In this document: positions 7,111 to 10,990 of the stretch, one piece after another | Layout: the number at the start of each line of letters is the position of its first letter | Position numbering within the stretch: the stretch's first letter is position 1 | Assembly: GCA_038208905.1 (NCBI GenBank) | Contig: JBBQYG010000139.1 | Coordinates: forward strand, 1-10,990 | DNA length: 10,990 bases | Direction: 5' to 3' | Source: Candidatus Sumerlaeia bacterium | GTDB lineage: Bacteria > Sumerlaeota > Sumerlaeia > SLMS01 | Notes under the pieces: model-generated | Told to the model about the DNA's origin: nothing | Seen by the model: only the letters and a program-made list of their open reading frames with translations | The model's database searches: none | Made by a program: the position numbers and the translations under genes

Positions 7111-8424
7111 TTACTTGCCGTTGGATTGCGCGCTGAAGTCTTCCTTGAAGAAAGCCGCGGGATCGAACGTGTCGCCGCCGGCCTGCGTCTGGAAGGCGTC
7201 CATGATCAACTCGGCGCCGGGCCGGACGCGCTCGTTGCCGCGGGTGATCACGCGCTGGCCGGGCTTCAGATCGCCGAAGACCTCGACCGCCTCGCCAAAG
7301 AAACGTCCCGTATCCACGGGCACCCTTTCCGCCGTGGCCTTTCCATCGACCATCTTGACGCGATAGACGATCGGCTTGGGGACGCCGGGCACGATGGCGT
7401 CCTTGGGGACGACGATGCTCTTGTCGCCGGTGGCCTCGGGGTCGAGGACGAGCCGCGCCAACATGCCGCTGGCAAGGCGCTGATCGGGATTCGCGAGCTG
7501 GATACGGATCGGAAACGTGCGATTGCGCGGATCCGCGCGGGGAATGCGCTCGGTCACGGTGCCCGCATACTTGCCCTTGGGGTCGGCATCGATGGAGATG
7601 GTCAGCAGGTCGCCCAGCTTCACCTTGTGGAATTGCGACTCGGGAACGGGGATGGCGACTTTGACGATGTCGTTGCGCTCGAAATTCAGAACCGTCTGCC
7701 CGCGATCCACCCACGATCCCACATCAACCAGCCGCTCCGTGACGACGCCGGGATACGGCGCGCGGATCGTGGAACGCTGGAGCGCGTCCCGGGCCATCGC
7801 GGCCTCCGCCTCCGTCGAGAGCGCGCTGGCCTCCATCGCGGCGATCACCTCCGCGCGTGGGCCCTCCAGCGCCAGGTCATACTCGGCGCGCTTGACCGAC
7901 TCGTTGGCTCGTGCGGTCTCCGCCCGGGCACTGGCGGAGTCACGCTCGCTCTGGCTGACGGATCGCTCCGCGAGCAGCTTCTCATAGCGCTGGAATTCGC
8001 GCTCGGCGATTTCCGCGTTCGCCTTGGCCTCCTTCCAACTGGCCTCGGCAATGGCAATGTCGGCGGGGCGGGATCCCGCGCGAAGCTCGCGAAGCATCTC
8101 GCGGTCGCGGCGGGCATCGGCGGCGGCCCGGTCGGCGGCGAGCCGCAGGGGAAGCTGCCGCATCTGCAACAGCGGCGCCCCGCTTGTCACAAAGTCGCCC
8201 GCCTCCACAAACAATCGGTCCACCACGCCATCTTCCTCCACACCGATGGCGGTCTGGGCGAATGGCTCCACAGAACCCGTCAGGCGGATCGGCTGGGAGT
8301 AGGCCCCCTCCTCCACAATCCCGGTGGTCACGGGGACGGGGGGCATGTCGGGAGGCTGGGCCGCGCCCCCGCTGAAGAGGGCTGCGACGAGGAGTGTGGC
8401 GAAAAGGGTCTTGGGGCGACTCAT
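7111..8424 (-). CDS. RND efflux periplasmic adaptor (membrane fusion protein), about 437 aa
   Basis: Lipoyl half-motifs GVVDRLFVEAGDFVTSGAPLLQM and IRAPYPGVVTERLVDVGSWV, a long coiled-coil hairpin, ADPRNRTFPIR, LASGM and GDLKPGQRVITRG. Start set at ATG 8424 (MSRPKTLFATLLVAALFSGGAAQ, signal-peptide-like); ATG 8460 is an alternative. Confidence 0.92.
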   Translation of the reverse strand: MSRPKTLFATLLVAALFSGGAAQPPDMPPVPVTTGIVEEGAYSQPIRLTGSVEPFAQTAIGVEEDGVVDRLFVEAGDFVTSGAPLLQMRQLPLRLAADRAAADARRDREMLRELRAGSRPADIAIAEASWKEAKANAEIAEREFQRYEKLLAERSVSQSERDSASARAETARANESVKRAEYDLALEGPRAEVIAAMEASALSTEAEAAMARDALQRSTIRAPYPGVVTERLVDVGSWVDRGQTVLNFERNDIVKVAIPVPESQFHKVKLGDLLTISIDADPKGKYAGTVTERIPRADPRNRTFPIRIQLANPDQRLASGMLARLVLDPEATGDKSIVVPKDAIVPGVPKPIVYRVKMVDGKATAERVPVDTGRFFGEAVEVFGDLKPGQRVITRGNERVRPGAELIMDAFQTQAGGDTFDPAAFFKEDFSAQSNGK

Positions 8425-8583
8425 CCAGAGAGGGAAAGAAAAGGCGATACAGTTGGTCATTTGTATGTGCGACACCTTGGCACGCGATGGGATGAACTCT
8501 TGCCGGGCTCCGCTGGCGTTTGGACCGCAAGACCCCGCGCTGCTTGGCGTTGGGGCGGCCCGGACGTTTGCATCCGGCGTTTC

Positions 8584-8595
8584 AAACACGTGTTT
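8584..8595. promoter_or_regulatory. Perfect 12-bp palindrome, candidate repressor operator upstream of the efflux operon
   Basis: AAACACGTGTTT is self-complementary, AT-rich in a GC-rich context, and lies just past the upstream gene's terminator and about 160 nt before the adaptor start. Confidence 0.45.
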
Positions 8596-8601
8596 AGATG
8601 T

Positions 8602-8640
8602 AACAAGAACAATGCCGGACTCGCGGGGAGCCCGGCATTG
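8602..8640 (-). terminator. Rho-independent terminator of the PPIase gene
   Basis: Minus strand CAATGCCGGGCTC-CCCGC-GAGTCCGGCATTG (13-bp stem, one G-U pair) followed by TTCTTGTT, about 45 nt after the stop at 8684. Confidence 0.7.
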
Positions 8641-8683
8641 GTAGGGTGCTGGCAGCAATCAGATGGCGCCGAAGACGCGCGCA

Positions 8684-10204
8684 CTACTCAACCCACTTGA
8701 AGTTTCCGTCAGCCATGATGCGGTCGGCTTCCGCGCGGCGAGCATCCTGACGCGCATTGCTGATCAAAACTCCGATGATGTAATCGCGCTTCTCCTCCAA
8801 GGGCAGAGGTGGAACCCGGCGCCGATCGTGGAGTTCGTAGAATTCCGCCTTTTCCTGATTCGCGTGGGGCTTGGTTAAGCTGCCAATCTCGGCCCCCAGC
8901 AATTCGCGGTCGCTGTCACCATGGTCGGTGGTGTGAATCCACCCCGGGTGGTTGTGGAGTTCCAAACCTTCCGTTCGGTATCGTTGGACAAGGGTCGGCG
9001 TATCGGTGCCGTCGGAACGGTTGGTCGCCACACGACGCGCGATCGCGATGGCCTGCTCGGACGTCGAGACGGATGCCCCCGGGGTTCGACTGATGGGAAC
9101 TGTGTAGCGGGTCAGCTTGAACACGCCTTCACCGCGCATCTCATCGGGCCGCGTTCGATAGTACTCGCGAATCGCCTCCTCGGTTGGGACCCAATCCGCC
9201 CCGTACTCCTTTTCAAAGTAGGTGGCGGCCAGATAGCGATCCAGTTGCAGGTCGCGACGCAGCACACAATCGGCGTTGGCCTTCTCCTCCTCGGTCGCGA
9301 GGCGAAAGATCTCAGCGCTGGGGATTTCGCCATTCTCGCCATGTCCCACGGCATCGGCGGTGAGTTCCTGAATCCGGTCGCGGTAGACGCGATCGACTAA
9401 CCGACGGCGAAGGTTCTCGTCGCGGGGGATGTCAACGACCTGCGGTTCGCGCGCGTCGCGCCGGTCGGTGATCTGGAAAATGTAGAATCCATTGTGAAGC
9501 GCGAGCGCGCGAGACAGCTCCTGGATGGCGAGCGAGTTAATCACCTGCATCACGGCGGGATTCAAGCCAGCGTCAGGCTCGATCCAGCCGATGTCCCCTC
9601 CGTCGCTGGCGCTACTGGCCTCGGAAAACTTGCGGGCTGCCTCCGTGAAGGAGACCTCGCCTGACTCGATCGTCGCGCGAAGTTGATCCATGTCGGCGGC
9701 GAGGCGGGCACGCGTGGCAGGCGGGGCACTCGCGGGCGGATAGGCTCGAAAGATATATCGCACATTGCGCGCGGGGCGGATATTGAAGGTGTCGCGGTGT
9801 TTTTCGAGCGTGGCGGCCAAGACCGCGAGACTGGCGGATTCCGCCTCCTCGCGCAGGCGCGCTTTCACGAGTTCAGCCACGCAGGTGCGGTACTCTTCGG
9901 CAATCTGGCGGGTGTATTGCGATTCCAGCGGGAACTCCGCCGCGCGTGCCTCCTGCGCGGCTCTGCGGGAAAACACCAGATCGCGGAGGGAAGTATTCAG
10001 CAGATCATTGGCATCAATGCGCGTTGCGTCGTTCCCTTCGCGCGATACCGCAAACGTATCGGAGTAGGGCGAACCGATCATCGTGCAGAGCGTGTTGATC
10101 TCGTACCGGGTAACTTCTTGTCCGGCGTAGGTGGCTACGACCTCGCCCCTGGCAATTCCCGCGTGGGAAAGGAGCAGGAGCGCGACTGACAGAACTCGAA
10201 GCAT
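8684..10204 (-). CDS. Exported parvulin (PpiC-type) peptidyl-prolyl isomerase, SurA/PrsA/PpiD-like foldase, 506 aa
   Basis: Signal peptide MLRVLSVALLLLSHAGIARG; SurA/PrsA-like start EVVATYAGQEVT; rotamase motif SFTEAARKFSEASSASDGGDIGWI...NGFYIFQITDRR; PTEEAIREYY and PLEEKRDYI segments flank a second degenerate domain. Confidence 0.85.
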   Translation of the reverse strand: MLRVLSVALLLLSHAGIARGEVVATYAGQEVTRYEINTLCTMIGSPYSDTFAVSREGNDATRIDANDLLNTSLRDLVFSRRAAQEARAAEFPLESQYTRQIAEEYRTCVAELVKARLREEAESASLAVLAATLEKHRDTFNIRPARNVRYIFRAYPPASAPPATRARLAADMDQLRATIESGEVSFTEAARKFSEASSASDGGDIGWIEPDAGLNPAVMQVINSLAIQELSRALALHNGFYIFQITDRRDAREPQVVDIPRDENLRRRLVDRVYRDRIQELTADAVGHGENGEIPSAEIFRLATEEEKANADCVLRRDLQLDRYLAATYFEKEYGADWVPTEEAIREYYRTRPDEMRGEGVFKLTRYTVPISRTPGASVSTSEQAIAIARRVATNRSDGTDTPTLVQRYRTEGLELHNHPGWIHTTDHGDSDRELLGAEIGSLTKPHANQEKAEFYELHDRRRVPPLPLEEKRDYIIGVLISNARQDARRAEADRIMADGNFKWVE

Positions 10205-10240
10205 GGTGGGTGACTTCCCCTTTGGCGCGAAGAGTGGATA

Positions 10241-10278
10241 TACAACAACGCAGCCGGTTGGAAAACCAACCGGCTGCG
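10241..10278 (-). terminator. Rho-independent terminator after the DWNLY-tail gene
   Basis: Perfect 13-bp stem CGCAGCCGGTTGG / CCAACCGGCTGCG (10249-10261, 10266-10278) with a 4-nt loop, followed on the minus strand by TTGTTGTA, about 30 nt after the stop at 10307. Confidence 0.75.
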
Positions 10279-10306
10279 CGGAACGTCATGCTGAAACGAC
10301 CTACGA

Positions 10307-10990
10307 TCAGTACAGGTTCCAGTCGCGCACGTTGGCGGCGGGAAGCGAGGTCTTGACGATCACGTTGTTCGTGATCAGCCAGTAGATGGAGTTGCCCTCG
10401 ATGATGACGTCGCCCGCGCCATTCAAGTTGGCATTTGTCCCGATCAGCACGGGAGTGTTGTCGCTGGGCCGGACGTCATTGGTGAAATAGGTGATGGCGC
10501 TGCTGAGGAAGTCAGACTGGGCATAAACTTCGCCCTGAATGGCCGTATTTCCAGCACCGACGTTGCCGCTTCCCAATGCGTAGGAGGGAACGCCCACCAG
10601 AGTGCCAACCGTAAAGGCAGCGTACAGACCCGTCGCGGGACGGGGACCGGCGTATACCCCGCCCGCTGCATCTGTCGCGTCGTTATAGTTGCCGCCGGTG
10701 GTGCCGCCCGTGTTGCGGAACCAGTAGGACGTGGCGCTCGGATCCCACTCAAGGTGCGGCGTGCCACCGACAGCGATTGCGGTCGGCGTCACGATTGCCC
10801 GGGTGAAGGTGAGGCCACCATCTGCGGTGGTGAACTTCGAGACATTCGGGAAACCCGAATTGCCTACCAGAATCTTCGTGCCGTTGCCTGAACCAATCAC
10901 CGACATGTCGTCGCCGGAGCGAACGGTATCGGCTGTGGGACCGGCGAAGGCTTCCGTCGATGCGGAAACGGCATTGGCATGGCGATAGAC
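10307..10990 (-). CDS. 3' part of a probably exported beta-rich protein (DUF4623-like) with C-terminal tail AANVRDWNLY; 5' end outside the window
   Basis: Frame is open to base 10990 (VYRHANAVSASTEAFAGPTADTVRSGDDMSVIGSGNGTKILVG...), so the track's Met at 10906 is internal. Gly/Thr/Asn/Ala-rich and Cys-free. Segments RSGDDMSVIGSGNGTKIL, FTTADGGLTFT, NANLNGAGDV and IYWLITNNVI resemble my recollection of DUF4623-type domains; not verified by search. Confidence 0.8.
   Translation of the reverse strand, partial: VYRHANAVSASTEAFAGPTADTVRSGDDMSVIGSGNGTKILVGNSGFPNVSKFTTADGGLTFTRAIVTPTAIAVGGTPHLEWDPSATSYWFRNTGGTTGGNYNDATDAAGGVYAGPRPATGLYAAFTVGTLVGVPSYALGSGNVGAGNTAIQGEVYAQSDFLSSAITYFTNDVRPSDNTPVLIGTNANLNGAGDVIIEGNSIYWLITNNVIVKTSLPAANVRDWNLY

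Noticed and set aside
7076..7366. Antisense small gene driven by AGGAGGTG at 7097-7104
   Set aside because: Only TTG starts at poor spacing follow the motif, the frame is antisense to the adaptor, and the peptide has no recognisable features.
8425..8658. 78-residue N-terminal extension of the adaptor in the ORF track
   Set aside because: It runs through the predicted terminator and the palindrome, and would bury the signal-peptide-like segment beginning at 8424.
6934..8700. 588-aa plus-strand ORF, and other long antisense ORFs such as 4950-6005, 6207-7136 and 3798-4478
   Set aside because: They lie antisense to well-supported RND and adaptor genes, have no recognisable motifs, and are the expected stop-poor shadows of GC-rich coding sequence.

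Overview
GC-rich bacterial chromosomal window. From left to right it holds: (1) a visibly AT-richer type IV toxin-antitoxin pair on the minus strand, with an intact AbiEi-like antitoxin (987-1586) behind a near-consensus sigma70 promoter, coupled by an ATGA overlap to an AbiEii-like nucleotidyltransferase toxin; the ORF track misses this toxin because it is split by a one-base frameshift (TGA at 811-813) and runs off the window start; (2) a bitopic TPR protein and rpe on the plus strand; (3) a convergent intergenic spacer built from two facing arrays of 10-bp units; (4) an RND permease and its periplasmic adaptor, with no TolC or regulator in the window but a palindromic candidate operator upstream; (5) an exported parvulin-type PPIase; (6) the 3' part of a Gly/Thr/Asn-rich, probably exported DUF4623-like protein ending in the short tail AANVRDWNLY. 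That tail is the best lead: it may be a minimal lineage-specific C-terminal sorting signal. From memory, not from a search, similar tails recur in Candidatus Sumerlaeota (BRC1) proteins. The second lead is the frameshifted toxin, which also carries an in-phase G_GGA_AAG slippery heptamer. No rRNA, tRNA, CRISPR array or transposase was seen.
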